Shown here in pieces: positions 40,575-51,008 of a stretch of 64,000 nt of DNA. Under the pieces are notes generated by a model. That model searched no databases. It was given only the letters and a program-made list of their open reading frames with translations, and was not told the DNA's origin. The stretch is from an uncultured Methanosarcinaceae archaeon. Lineage in GTDB: Archaea; Halobacteriota; Methanosarcinia; Methanosarcinales; Methanosarcinaceae. The stretch's first letter is position 1. Every line of letters starts with the position of its first letter. The DNA lies in assembly GCA_963721455.1 (NCBI GenBank), contig CAVRJG010000042.1, positions 1 through 64,000 of the forward strand. The letters are read 5' to 3'. The position numbers and the translations under genes are program-made.

Positions 40575-42660
40575 AGAGATGTGGATGTTCAGGGCCAAGT
40601 GCTTTTTCTGTGATTTCCAAGGCACGGATATACAGAGGTTCGGCTTCAGAATACCTGCCCAAATCGCTATAAACTGACGCTAGATTATTAAGGCGATTAC
40701 CTACATCTGGATGTTCAGGGCCCAAGTGCTTTTTTTGTAATTTCCAAGGCACGGATATAGCAGAGGTTCGGCTTCAGAATACCTGCCCAAATCGTCAATA
40801 AACTGCCGCTAGATTATTAAGGCGATTACCTACTGCATCGGATGTTCAAATTAATTGCATATTTTTTTCATATCGTAATTCCACAGGGAATCTTATCTTT
40901 TTCTTCAACTTTATATTTCCACATAAATATCACAGGTTCCTCATTGAGTAAATTTATGTATTGAGCAATCCTATCCTTCAATTCCTCTGCAGATTATACT
41001 CTTATTGCCCTTAAAAAGCTTCTAATCATTTTGCTGAAGAAACTTTCAATAATATTCAACATCTGGATGTTCAGGGCCAATGACTTTTTTGTAATTTCCA
41101 AGGCACGGTTAGAGGTTGGCTTCAGTTTCTTCTAAATGTGTACTCCGTAGTTATTAAGGCGAATACCTACGTCTGGATGTTCAGGGCCAAGTGCTTTTTC
41201 TGTGATATTCAATGCGCGGATTCGTAGTGGTTCGGCTTTTGAAGGTCGCCCTAAATCTCTATAAACTCCAGCCAAGTTATCGAGACTCTCTGCTATGGCC
41301 GGATCATCTGTAATTTAAGACAGTTTCCCGAATTTCTAATGCACGCGCATGTAGTGGTTCAGCTTCAGAGTACCTACCCAAAATCCTATAAAGTTGCGCT
41401 AACTTGTTAAGACTCTCTGCTATAGCTGGATCATCTGAATTTAATGTATTTTCTCGAATCTCTAATGCACGCAAGTATAGTGGTTCGGCTTCGGAGTACC
41501 TGCCTAAATCGCTATAAAGCTCCCCTAGATTATTGAAACTCTCAGAGATATCAAAATGTTCGGATTCCAGAACTTTCTTTCGAATCTCCAATGAACTTTT
41601 CAAGAGCGACTCACTTTCCTTAAAAAGTGCACGTTCATGCAGGTAGCTGCCAGTTGCATTTAGCAATTTTGCAGATTCTTCAGTTTCTATATCCCATAGC
41701 CCAATATATTCTGCACAGGTCTGAGCATGTGGAAGAAGCTTATCGCAAACGTTCCCAATTTTCATACTTAACTTCAGGAAATGCACAGTTTACAGCTTTA
41801 ACAACACGTTCAGCCCAGAGTCTCTGTTCACTTTTTACCATTCCGTCTCTAAGAACAGCCTGTACAAGACGGTGAATGTCATAAGTATGGGAACCAGCAT
41901 TCACGATTGATTAAAGAGTACTGCCATAGTGGTTTGAGAACTTCATCAAAAACGAGAGGATCTGTATCAACCTCATCAAAATGTGGCAGAAATTAATGGT
42001 CCTAACTCGTCCGCACCTTTGTAAATAATTTCTGCATGGTATCTCATGGGGATTCAGAAAAGCACTTGCAAATAAAATATCTGCGGATACTTCTGAACTT
42101 TTCTTCACCTCCTCGAAGTTCATCAACCATGTGGTAGATATCAGATTCTGGATATTCATTCTTATCAATATGAGACTTTTCCAATAACTTTAGACCACGT
42201 ATTTTATAACTGGCAGAATAATCTTTAAAACTAGAATTGTTTACATAAATATAGGCTCCTGCTTGTTCTAAAGCCAATGGGAGACAACCAAGTTCATGTA
42301 CCAGTTTATCAAGCGCTTCGAGTTCTGATTGATCTAGTTCTGATTGATCTAGTTTGATATCTAGTTCTGATTGGTCTAGATTAGCACGCCCTGTACGCTT
42401 CAGGAGGAAACTCTTAGCTTCATGAGGGGACATCTCCTTTATTTTAACCAATTTTATAATCTTTAATGAATGAAAAACTGGTGCTCTTGAAGTCAGGAGA
42501 ATGTGTCCTTTTGGATTTGGAGGTAGAAATTTCTTTACAAAAGAAACGTCGCAAATTCCGTTTTCATTTATTAAAGCTTGCTCTTTTTCATGACAATAAG
42601 ATTTTTCCAGAACACTATCAAACACTTCCTGAAACAAAAGCATTAAATCTAAAGTTGAGT
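40575..42660 (-). pseudogene. Degraded NB-ARC + kinesin-light-chain-type TPR gene fragment (both ends missing)
   Basis: GHILLTSR, ELGCLPLALEQAGAYI, HRLVQAV, repeats LNNLA.VYSDLGRYSEAEPLY.RALEI.EKALGPEHP; many indels. Confidence 0.8.
40885..41062 (-). mobile_element. IS630-family transposase C-terminal fragment inside the TPR region
   Basis: Manual translation LNIIESFFSKMIRSFLRAIRV*SAEELKDRIAQYINLLNEEPVIFMWKY. Confidence 0.65.
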
Positions 42661-42703
42661 ATGTTTGGGATTAAGTTAGCGCAAAAGACGAGATGAATTC
42701 CCC

Positions 42704-44335
42704 ATGCCAGTAATTACCTTGCAGTACGACGACCTCGAAAAACTCACAGGAACGGATAAGGAAACCATCATAAAAAGGGTGCCCATGATAGGAGCCGATA
42801 TCGAAAGAGTTGAAGACGAATCTATCGATATCGAGTTCTTCCCGGACAGGCCTGACCTTTATAGTGTCGAAGGGGCAGCCAGGGCAATGCGGGGTTTCCT
42901 GGACCTTGAGACCGGGCTTTCCGAATATGAAGTAAAACCATATAAGGTTTCGATTTCTGTCAGCGAGGATATCCTGAAAATCAGGCCTTTCCTCGGGTGT
43001 GCGGTTGTAAGAGGCATAAAGTTCACATCCTCTTCTATAAAATCCCTTATGGACCTTCAGGAAGACCTGCACTGGGGCCTGGGAAGAAACAGGAAAAAAG
43101 TTTCTATAGGAGTGCACGACCTCTCGAACGTAAAGCAGCCTTTCCGCTATATGGCAGTTGACCCGAGTTTCGAGTTCGTGCCGCTGGATTACACTGAAAA
43201 GATGAGCATGACCGAAATCCTGGAAAAGCATCCCAAAGGCACAAGGTTTGCCCATCTCGTCAAAGACTTCGAAAAATACCCGATCATTCTGGACGCAAAT
43301 GACAACGTGCTGTCCTTCCCGCCTATCATCAACGGGACTCTCACAAGTGTGACCGAAGAAACAACTGACCTCTTTATCGATGTCACGGGGCTTGGAGAAG
43401 CCGTATACACTACCTTAAATATTGTTGTCACAGCCCTTGCCGAGCGCGGCGGACAGATCGAATTTGTAAGGGTTATCAGGCCCGACGGCGAAGAACTTGT
43501 ATTGCCTGACCTGGAACCAAAAACCAGGCTTCTTACGAAAACTGAAGTAAAATCCCTGCTCGGCATGGAACTTTCTACAGAAGAAATCGTTAAGCAGCTT
43601 GAAAGGATGCGTTTTGGGGCAGAGGCCCTTGATGAAGAGACCGTCGAGGTAAAAGTGCCGGCTTACAGGGCAGATATTCTTCATAACTATGACCTGGTAG
43701 AGGATATTGCCAAAGGTTACGGTTATGAAAACATCAAAGTCAGGATTCCTGAGACCTATACCGCAGGAAAGTCTCACCCAATTTCCCTGCTGCGTTCTCC
43801 TGTGAACGAGATAATGGTAGGGCTGGGATACTATGAAGTCATGCCCTTTACGCTTACCAGCGAAAAGATCAATTTCGAGAATATGCGCAGGCAAAAGACG
43901 GATGATGTTACGTATGTCCTTCATCCGATCAGTGAAGACCAGACAATGCTCAGGACAACCCTGCTTCCGAACCTTCTTGAAATCCTTGCCTTAAACCAGC
44001 ACAGGGAACTTCCGCAGAAGATCTTCGAGTTCGGGGAGGTCGTAAGCAACGAAACAACCGGCCAGCACGTAGCTGCAGTCTCAATTCACCCGCAGGCAAA
44101 CTTCACCGAGATCTATGAGGTTGTAGACGCCCTCATGAGGGAGATGATGCTTCCCTATGAAGTAAAAGAGTCTGAAGACCCTGCTTTCCTCGAAGGCAGG
44201 CGGGCAGATTTGTATGTCAGAGGCAAAAAGCTTGGGGTTTTTGGAGAACTGCACCCTGAGACCATAAACAACTTTGCTCTCGGATATTCAGTTGTAGGGT
44301 TTGAACTTGACCTCAATGACCTTATAGATAAATAA
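42704..44335 (+). CDS. pheT: Phenylalanine--tRNA ligase beta subunit (archaeal short form)
   Basis: [56 protein letters not shown]. Confidence 0.96.
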   Translation: MPVITLQYDDLEKLTGTDKETIIKRVPMIGADIERVEDESIDIEFFPDRPDLYSVEGAARAMRGFLDLETGLSEYEVKPYKVSISVSEDILKIRPFLGCAVVRGIKFTSSSIKSLMDLQEDLHWGLGRNRKKVSIGVHDLSNVKQPFRYMAVDPSFEFVPLDYTEKMSMTEILEKHPKGTRFAHLVKDFEKYPIILDANDNVLSFPPIINGTLTSVTEETTDLFIDVTGLGEAVYTTLNIVVTALAERGGQIEFVRVIRPDGEELVLPDLEPKTRLLTKTEVKSLLGMELSTEEIVKQLERMRFGAEALDEETVEVKVPAYRADILHNYDLVEDIAKGYGYENIKVRIPETYTAGKSHPISLLRSPVNEIMVGLGYYEVMPFTLTSEKINFENMRRQKTDDVTYVLHPISEDQTMLRTTLLPNLLEILALNQHRELPQKIFEFGEVVSNETTGQHVAAVSIHPQANFTEIYEVVDALMREMMLPYEVKESEDPAFLEGRRADLYVRGKKLGVFGELHPETINNFALGYSVVGFELDLNDLIDK

Positions 44336-44376
44336 AACTAAGAATCAGGTTTTGAGTAAGAGGGTGAACTCTCCTC

Positions 44377-44454
44377 TTTTTCTTTCACTTTTCTTTCACT
44401 TTTCTTTCACTTTTCTTTCACTTTTCTCTTACTATTCTTTCACTTTTCTCTCAA
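44377..44454. repeat. 11-bp pyrimidine tandem repeat TTTTCTTTCAC
   Basis: About seven copies between convergent genes; probable oligo-T terminator region. Confidence 0.7.
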
Positions 44455-45084
44455 CATTTTTTCCATTTCAGCTGCGATTTTCCGGACTTCAGGCATCTCG
44501 TCAGTTTCAGACAGCCTGTACGCAAGTTCAAGCATCCTTTCTCTCAGGAAATCAAGGTCGTCAAGGGCAAAGCTCAGTTCTTCAACCAGGGCTCCCAGGC
44601 TTTTTGTTTCGAGAAATCCAGAGAGCTTTTCAGGGGCTGCGTTAATCAGAGAGAGAGCCTCGGGGGAGTTGAGGTCAACGTCGTATTCTTCCTCGAAGGC
44701 TCCTTTTAGAAGGTTTTTCAGCCACCTGACCCTCCGGATATGGCTGATAAAGTCACTGAGCTGCCTGTATTCGTAGTCCCCGGTAACCTTTCCGATCAGC
44801 ACCTCATTTCTGGTCTTGAGGGGGACTGCCACAAGGTCCCCTTTCTTTATTTTTGTGATATAAGAACAGATCTCCTCTGCCCAGGCTGCACATCGATCTT
44901 CCTGCATCCCCGGATATTTTTCGAGCATGAGTTTCTTTACCTGCGCTTCGTTTTTAATATGGGACAGATCAGGGAACTCGGACCACCCGATGGTAACCAC
45001 GCTGTCTTCCAGAATAATCTCTTCGTCTTCTAAAGTGCCTGCGGCTTTGAGCAACCAGAGTTTCATAACCTTCCTCCTTATCAT
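44440..45084 (-). CDS. Mrr-associated N-terminal (COG4127-like) domain protein without an evident nuclease domain
   Basis: WLLKA, VTIGW, IKKGDLVAVP, IGKVTGDYEY, RRVRWL motifs. Confidence 0.6.
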   Translation of the reverse strand: MIRRKVMKLWLLKAAGTLEDEEIILEDSVVTIGWSEFPDLSHIKNEAQVKKLMLEKYPGMQEDRCAAWAEEICSYITKIKKGDLVAVPLKTRNEVLIGKVTGDYEYRQLSDFISHIRRVRWLKNLLKGAFEEEYDVDLNSPEALSLINAAPEKLSGFLETKSLGALVEELSFALDDLDFLRERMLELAYRLSETDEMPEVRKIAAEMEKMLREK

Positions 45085-45355
45085 TATTTATCTGGCAATT
45101 TAAGCAATTTTTATGTCCATCTGACAAGTTTCTTCAGTTAAAAATTTATTTAATTAATTTTTGAACTATCTGGATCAACATTTAACTTGGCTTTATTTAT
45201 CTTTATTTTATTTACCTTCAAGCATTTTCCTGGGACTTTTCCAACCTTTAACTTTCTATTAATTTGCATGTCTTTTTATTAATTTACACAGTCCGGATAT
45301 CCGCAAGATAATCCGCAAGAAAAACTCTTTTAAATTTTCGCCTCCAACTGCAAAT

Positions 45356-46135
45356 ATGAGCAAAAAGGTCTTTGTCGGCGTTGACGGTTGCAGAGAAGGC
45401 TGGTTTGCAGTGTTCCTGGATACGGAAAATGAACAAAGCTGTGAGTGGAAAACAGGGCTTTTTCCTGAGTTTTCATCCCTTATTGATTTCTTAAAAAAAG
45501 AATATGAGCAAGCAGAACCATTCATCCTGATCGATATCCCTATAGGCTTAAAAGCCGGAGGCAGTGGAGAACGGCTTTCGGACCCTGGAGCACGCAGCAT
45601 TCTGAAAGCCCGGAAGTCCAGTATTTTTTCCGTACCGTGCAGGGAAGCAGTGTATGCGGAAAGCTATGAAAAAGCCTGTGAGGTCAACAAACAGCTTACA
45701 GGAAAAAGCATCTCCAAGCAGGCCTGGAACATAATCCCCAAAATCCGGGATGTAGACGCTTTCCTGGTCGAAAACGAAGTTTTCAGGGGGAAAATAAGGG
45801 AAACTGCACCTGAAATCTGTTTTCAGGCGTTTGCGGGTTTTCCCACGAAATGTTCAAAAAAGAGCCAGGGCGGCTTTCTTGAAAGGATACAAGCCCTTAA
45901 AAACATTTGCCTATTTACAGATGAAATTGTTGAAGCTGCGCTTTCAAAGTACAGGCGGAAAGAAGTTGCAAAAGACGATATCCTTGACGCGCTTGCGGCT
46001 GCGATCACTGCAAAAATGGGGTACAATTACGGGTTTGAGTATGTGCCCTGCATGCCTGAGATAGACAGTAAAGGGCTGAAAATCCAGATGATTTACTTTA
46101 TTCCAGAGTTCAATGCCAAAATTAAGCCTGAATAA
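45356..46135 (+). CDS. DUF429 family predicted RNase H-fold nuclease
   Basis: VGVDGCREGW, IDIPIGL, ISKQAWNI, ETAPEICF, DDILDA motifs. Confidence 0.8.
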   Translation: MSKKVFVGVDGCREGWFAVFLDTENEQSCEWKTGLFPEFSSLIDFLKKEYEQAEPFILIDIPIGLKAGGSGERLSDPGARSILKARKSSIFSVPCREAVYAESYEKACEVNKQLTGKSISKQAWNIIPKIRDVDAFLVENEVFRGKIRETAPEICFQAFAGFPTKCSKKSQGGFLERIQALKNICLFTDEIVEAALSKYRRKEVAKDDILDALAAAITAKMGYNYGFEYVPCMPEIDSKGLKIQMIYFIPEFNAKIKPE

Positions 46136-46167
46136 AAATGAAAGGTTTACGATTACCATTCAATGTT

Positions 46168-46962
46168 CTACAGGAATTCATTTTCATCCAGAGGTTCGGC
46201 TGTTTCCATGCAGTACCGGAAAAGCTCCTTTCCCCAGCATACAGCTCTTTCCCCGAAACACAGGACTATCTGGTCCCTTAACTTTCCGTCGGCTTCGAAG
46301 AGTTTGAGTGCAAGAAACCTGTCCGTTACAATCACTGAGGGAATTGTTACCGGCTTTCGTGATATAAATAATTTTGAGTTTTTGACTCCGGACAGCTTCT
46401 TTGCCTCTTCCCGGTGACTTAAGAATAAACGCTCTGCAACATTTTCTGTCATGCAGAGTGTAACCTCAGCTCCCTTTTCCGCAAGCTCTGCGTAAATTAA
46501 AGGAGCTTCCGGGTGAGAATAGGCTGCGAAGGTCAGGATCTCTCTTGAGTTCAGCATATTCGCCATGAGTATTTTTGGGGTTTCAACCAGATGTTCGGCG
46601 TCAGGCTCCAGCAGTTCGCAACGCCCCAGTTCGTCGATTCTCTGCAGCAGGAACTCAGGAATCGGGCTTAAATCGTGGCTCATCCAGTATTCAGCATTTT
46701 CTCCAAAAAACTCAGCCATATTGAGGAGAGGCTGCATGTTTTCGATTATTACTTCCCCTATTTCGGACAACCTGTATATTTTGTTTTTCTCGGTTATCAG
46801 GCCGGAATCTTTCATTTTTTTAATATGAGGCTGGATTGAACTGGCATCCACTTTAAGCAGTTCTTTGATTGTATCGATATCTTTTGGTTTTTCCTTCAGG
46901 AGCAGTAGAATATCTTTTCTTCTGCCCGAAAAAAGAATCAGGTTAATAAGGCACTGTTTCAT
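46168..46962 (-). CDS. Winged-helix transcriptional regulator with DUF1724-type C-terminal domain
   Basis: LFSGRRKDILLLL, YRLSEIG, YWMSHDLSPIP, WGKELF motifs. Confidence 0.8.
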   Translation of the reverse strand: MKQCLINLILFSGRRKDILLLLKEKPKDIDTIKELLKVDASSIQPHIKKMKDSGLITEKNKIYRLSEIGEVIIENMQPLLNMAEFFGENAEYWMSHDLSPIPEFLLQRIDELGRCELLEPDAEHLVETPKILMANMLNSREILTFAAYSHPEAPLIYAELAEKGAEVTLCMTENVAERLFLSHREEAKKLSGVKNSKLFISRKPVTIPSVIVTDRFLALKLFEADGKLRDQIVLCFGERAVCWGKELFRYCMETAEPLDENEFL

Positions 46963-47199
46963 TATTGCTCACTTGCGTTCTGTTCCCTTGCTTCTATATT
47001 AATATCTTAAAAACTTTTTCATTTTGAATGTATTCAACTTTTAACTGTACTCTATATTTTGACTATACTTTATATTTTATAAGAAATCTTTATATTTATA
47101 TGAAGTTTTGATTAGTTTAAGAAATAAATAATAGAGAAGGAAAAGGAAATAAAACCTCAGGATTATTTTTAATTATTTCAATTGATGTGGTGAGACTCG

Positions 47200-47964
47200 A
47201 TGGATAATTCAATGAATGACTCAATCAAAGATTTTTTAAGCAGCTCAATGAGTAACTCTATCGGGATGGAGTTTGTCCTGATTCATGCCGGGGAGTTTGA
47301 TATGGGCTCTCCAACACGCGAAAAACGCAGAAAACTCTGGGAAAGCCCTGTGCACAGAGTAACGATTAAAAAACCCTTTTACCTGGGCAGGTATCAGGTT
47401 ACACAGGAGCAATGGCAGAAAGTCATGGGGAATAATCCTTCGTATTTCAAGGGTGCAAAGCACCCGGTTGAAAGTGTTTCCTGGAATGAGGCTCAGATTT
47501 TTTTCAGAAAACTCAATGCCCTTGAAAAAGCCGATGAAAGCAATTGCATCTACCGACTCCCTGCGGAAGCCGAATGGGAGTATGCAGCCAGGGCAGGGAC
47601 TACAACCGGTTATTTCTTCGGAAATGACGAATCGAAACTTACGGAATATGCCTGGTTTCTGGAAAATTCCGGACTCGAAACCCATGCGGTCGGTTTGAAA
47701 AAGCCAAACCCCCGGGGGCTTTATGACATCTACGGGAACGTGGGAGAATGGGTGCAGGACGAGTACCACATAAGCTATAAAGGCGCCCCAACAGATGGCA
47801 GGGCCTGGGAAAACCATTTTATAAGCGTATCGACTCCAGTGCGGATAAGGAGAGGCGGGGGATGGAATGGAAATGCAGGCTGCTGCCGATCGGCTGAAAG
47901 ACTTTTTGCGGCTCAAGATAAAAAGCTTAACAGTCTTGGGTTCAGGGTGGCCAGGGAAGTATAG
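47200..47964 (+). CDS. Formylglycine-generating enzyme (SUMF1) family protein
   Basis: NSIGMEFVLI, HPVESVSW, RLPAEAEWEYAARAG, GLYDIYGNVGEW, RGGGW, GFRV. Confidence 0.92.
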   Translation: MDNSMNDSIKDFLSSSMSNSIGMEFVLIHAGEFDMGSPTREKRRKLWESPVHRVTIKKPFYLGRYQVTQEQWQKVMGNNPSYFKGAKHPVESVSWNEAQIFFRKLNALEKADESNCIYRLPAEAEWEYAARAGTTTGYFFGNDESKLTEYAWFLENSGLETHAVGLKKPNPRGLYDIYGNVGEWVQDEYHISYKGAPTDGRAWENHFISVSTPVRIRRGGGWNGNAGCCRSAERLFAAQDKKLNSLGFRVAREV

Positions 47965-48696
47965 TTCCAGAACAATGCCGCCGTTCCGGAAAGTATTGAC
48001 ACTTTAGATAAGCAATATCTGGCACAATCTTAACTACCAGCTCTTAACTGCCAATTCTTGCTTACATAGATCCTGCTTTTTTGAATTACTTTTTTAGGCC
48101 CCATACTCTGACAGGCCGCCTGTGACCGGCCTTTTCCGGGGCTATCACGAAAAAAGAGGAGTAGCACTTCAACTTGCTTTTTGGATTGAAACAATTGATT
48201 TTTTTCATCTCGTTGCTGAAAAGTTAGCTATACATTCTCATCCGGCACTCCATCTGTTGCACCCTGACCCCTGTCTGTTTTACTACTATAGGCAGGGGCA
48301 AAAAAGAGCTTCAGGTGCTTTCGACAATTTAGGAGGCGATCTAAGTTTTGTGTCTGCTTGGTAGAGACACTTAATTATACTACCAACTAATATTTAACAC
48401 TTTTGTTTACATTTTTGTTACTTTATCTTAAATATAGTTAATGTATTCTTACTAAAATGGGGAAATTGATTTTTTGAAGAGTCTGGTATTGTGCAGTTGA
48501 CAGAACATTATAAGTGAGTCGAAGAATTTAAAAAGCCGCAAGCATATGATAAAAGGTAACAAAGCAGGAAAATAAAATCGGTCTGAAGTGAGAATCAAAT
48601 ATTGAATACGGTTAAGCACTACCCGGTTTTCGAAGAAAATAGAGGCGGGTAATACATTAATAAGCCGCCTTTATGTGAAAATAAGTCTTAGAAGGG

Positions 48697-49338
48697 ATGA
48701 ATATGGCATTTCGAGATACAAATCCTGAGGAACTTAACTTTCTTGTAAAAAAAGCCCTGGAACTGGAGGCTATCGAAGCAAAGATAATTCCCACTTACAA
48801 GGTCTTTGTAGAGAAGAGAGTGGTCTTAAAATGCAGAGGATGTATAGGATACGGAAAAAAGCTGACCTGCCCACCGCACGTTCCCACAGTTGACGAGTTT
48901 CGGGAAATACTCAAAGAGTACAGGTATGCCCTGCTTGTCAAGTTCAGGTCTCCCGCAGTTGCAGATGAAGAGATTGCAAAAGCCCCGTACAGGACCTGGC
49001 TCGACCCTGCCGGGCCTGAGGAAACAAGAGAAAAAGCAGCAAAGTTCTGGGCAGATTATTTTGACTACAGCAAGAAAATGGCGTCCGCAATGCTAGAGCT
49101 TGAAAAAACAGCCTTTAACGAAGGTTTTACCTTTGCAGTCGCATTTGTAAACGGCTCTTGCAGGCTGTGTGAGAAATGCAATGTGGAAAAGGGAATCTGT
49201 CTCCATTCGAATATGGCAAGAATTCCGGAACACGCCGTTGGAATCAATATGAAAAAAACGGCTGCGGAATCCGGGATGCCCATAGTATTCCCGATCAAAG
49301 GGCAGCCTGAACCCATGTCCATACTGTTGATTGACTGA
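48697..49338 (+). CDS. DUF2284 metal-binding protein
   Basis: LKCRGC..YGK..TCPP, GSCRLCEKC, PEHAVGIN motifs. Confidence 0.85.
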   Translation: MNMAFRDTNPEELNFLVKKALELEAIEAKIIPTYKVFVEKRVVLKCRGCIGYGKKLTCPPHVPTVDEFREILKEYRYALLVKFRSPAVADEEIAKAPYRTWLDPAGPEETREKAAKFWADYFDYSKKMASAMLELEKTAFNEGFTFAVAFVNGSCRLCEKCNVEKGICLHSNMARIPEHAVGINMKKTAAESGMPIVFPIKGQPEPMSILLID

Positions 49339-49765
49339 AACTGTTATTTGTCCAATATTCACTGACTGGACAGTTGATTTATCTATATGTCGACTGACCG
49401 ATCAGTTAACTTATTTGTAACTAACTGAAGTTGCTACCGGAATTTATTCCTTTTTTAATTCCTCAGTTTAAGGATTCCCATTAAATACATAGGTCGTGCC
49501 GACAGTATTGAGCAGAAATTGTTCTGGCATCTCTTCTGCAAACCGGTTTATAGCTTTCCAGCCGATCGGTTTTCCGAATATTCAATTCATTCATGTAAAC
49601 ACCTGATTTTGTCTGGAGTGCGGATTGATCTATAAAGTGTAGATTTTCTCCAGATATTTTTATGAAATATATGTAAACCTAAATGAGTGCAATCTTTATA
49701 AATTTTTCAAAATTACTCGTATAGGTATCGATAACTTTTCAAGCAACCCTATATTTCTCAGTTCG

Positions 49766-50614
49766 CTATATTTTCCTCGCCGCTATCGCTATCCAGTCTC
49801 CGCCTTCCCTGTACGGTTTTCCGGAAAAGCTGTTCCAGGCCTTCTCGACCTTAAACCCATTCTGCTCAAGCACCCGGCTTATCGTCTCAAGGGAATGGTC
49901 ATGCAGCCAGAGCGTGCAGGTCTTAACTGTGCCGTCTTCATCCGTAACGATATACTGATTCATCCAGATATCATTTTCCGGGTAATCGAACCCTCTTCCA
50001 GTACAAGGTGTTTTTCCCGCTCTTCAGAACCCTCCCTCGGAAACTTACCATCTGTTTTTAAGCAATTCCCGCAGGCGAAGCGTCCTTGTGGACACATCAG
50101 AGATAAAAATCCCGCTGTTCCTAAGTGCTCTGTGTATCAGGCCAGGGAGCAGGTTCCGTTTTTCATCGGAAAAAGTGCAGATTTCTCCGTAGACCTGAAG
50201 AACAGTATCAAAAGTCTCCTCATACTCTACATTGAAAAAATCGGCACAGGTACATTCGATATCCATCCCTTCCTTTTCAGCCTGAGAGCGGGCATAGTCA
50301 ACGGACCGTTGGGATATGTCAATGCCTGTGACCTTCATCCCTCCAGGCGCAACCTGCTGCTGTATAAACCCGTACATACAGCACAGGTCAAGCACCTTGT
50401 TTTCGGTTTTAAGTGTGCCTTAAGCAGTCAGGTGGCAGATCGTTTTTTCAATTTCAGCGATTTTCCGGCTTGCACCGTTATGTGCCTGGTCAAGATGGGC
50501 TTCTAGCATGCTCTTTGAAATGTGAGGGTCGTCCCAGAAACGAGGCTTTCCGGGTTTGAAAGGAGAAGGTTTTGAGGTTCTGGCAAAGCTCGAGGGGAAG
50601 GATTTTAGAGGCAT
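49766..50614 (-). pseudogene. Class I SAM-dependent methyltransferase pseudogene
   Basis: FWDDPHISKSMLEAHL, VLDL..., VTGIDISQRS; in-frame TAA stops at 50420 and 50045 and a degraded glycine motif. Confidence 0.8.
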
Positions 50615-51008
50615 GTAAAATCCGTCCTTGAAAATTTCCAGTGGGATCTTTAGTCTCCAGATCTTATATGGTTTGTATAGGTACAGTTTATTCTCATGAG
50701 TTTCATTATAATAATGATCTCATAGACAAAAATCGTCATTATAATGAACACTATTTAAATGAAATGGATGTGTAAGAGGCGAATGATGCATCGAAAATAT
50801 TTCTTCCCTCCTGCTGAATAAATCCCTCACCTTGTTACTTAAAATAGGTTTACAGGAGCAGTTTAAAATAAGAGAACTGAGTCTGAAATAAGATTTCTCC
50901 GAGAATTTGCCGCCCTTCAGGGGAGGGTTGGGATGTACTTTATCCTCCATACAAAATTCTCTTTACAAAAAAGCGTTTCCCCAAACAAAATAATACCGGA
51001 CCGATACT

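Noticed and set aside
39874-40752. TPR-RNase HII fusion protein in the ORF track
   Set aside because: rnhB has its own GGAGG RBS and start at 40545; the extension is chance read-through from the broken TPR fragment.
47200-48400. FGE-family gene as a diversity-generating retroelement target
   Set aside because: No reverse transcriptase and no template repeat of its 3' end seen in the window.
49766-50614. Pyrrolysine read-through methyltransferase
   Set aside because: Internal stops are TAA rather than TAG and the SAM-binding motif is degraded.
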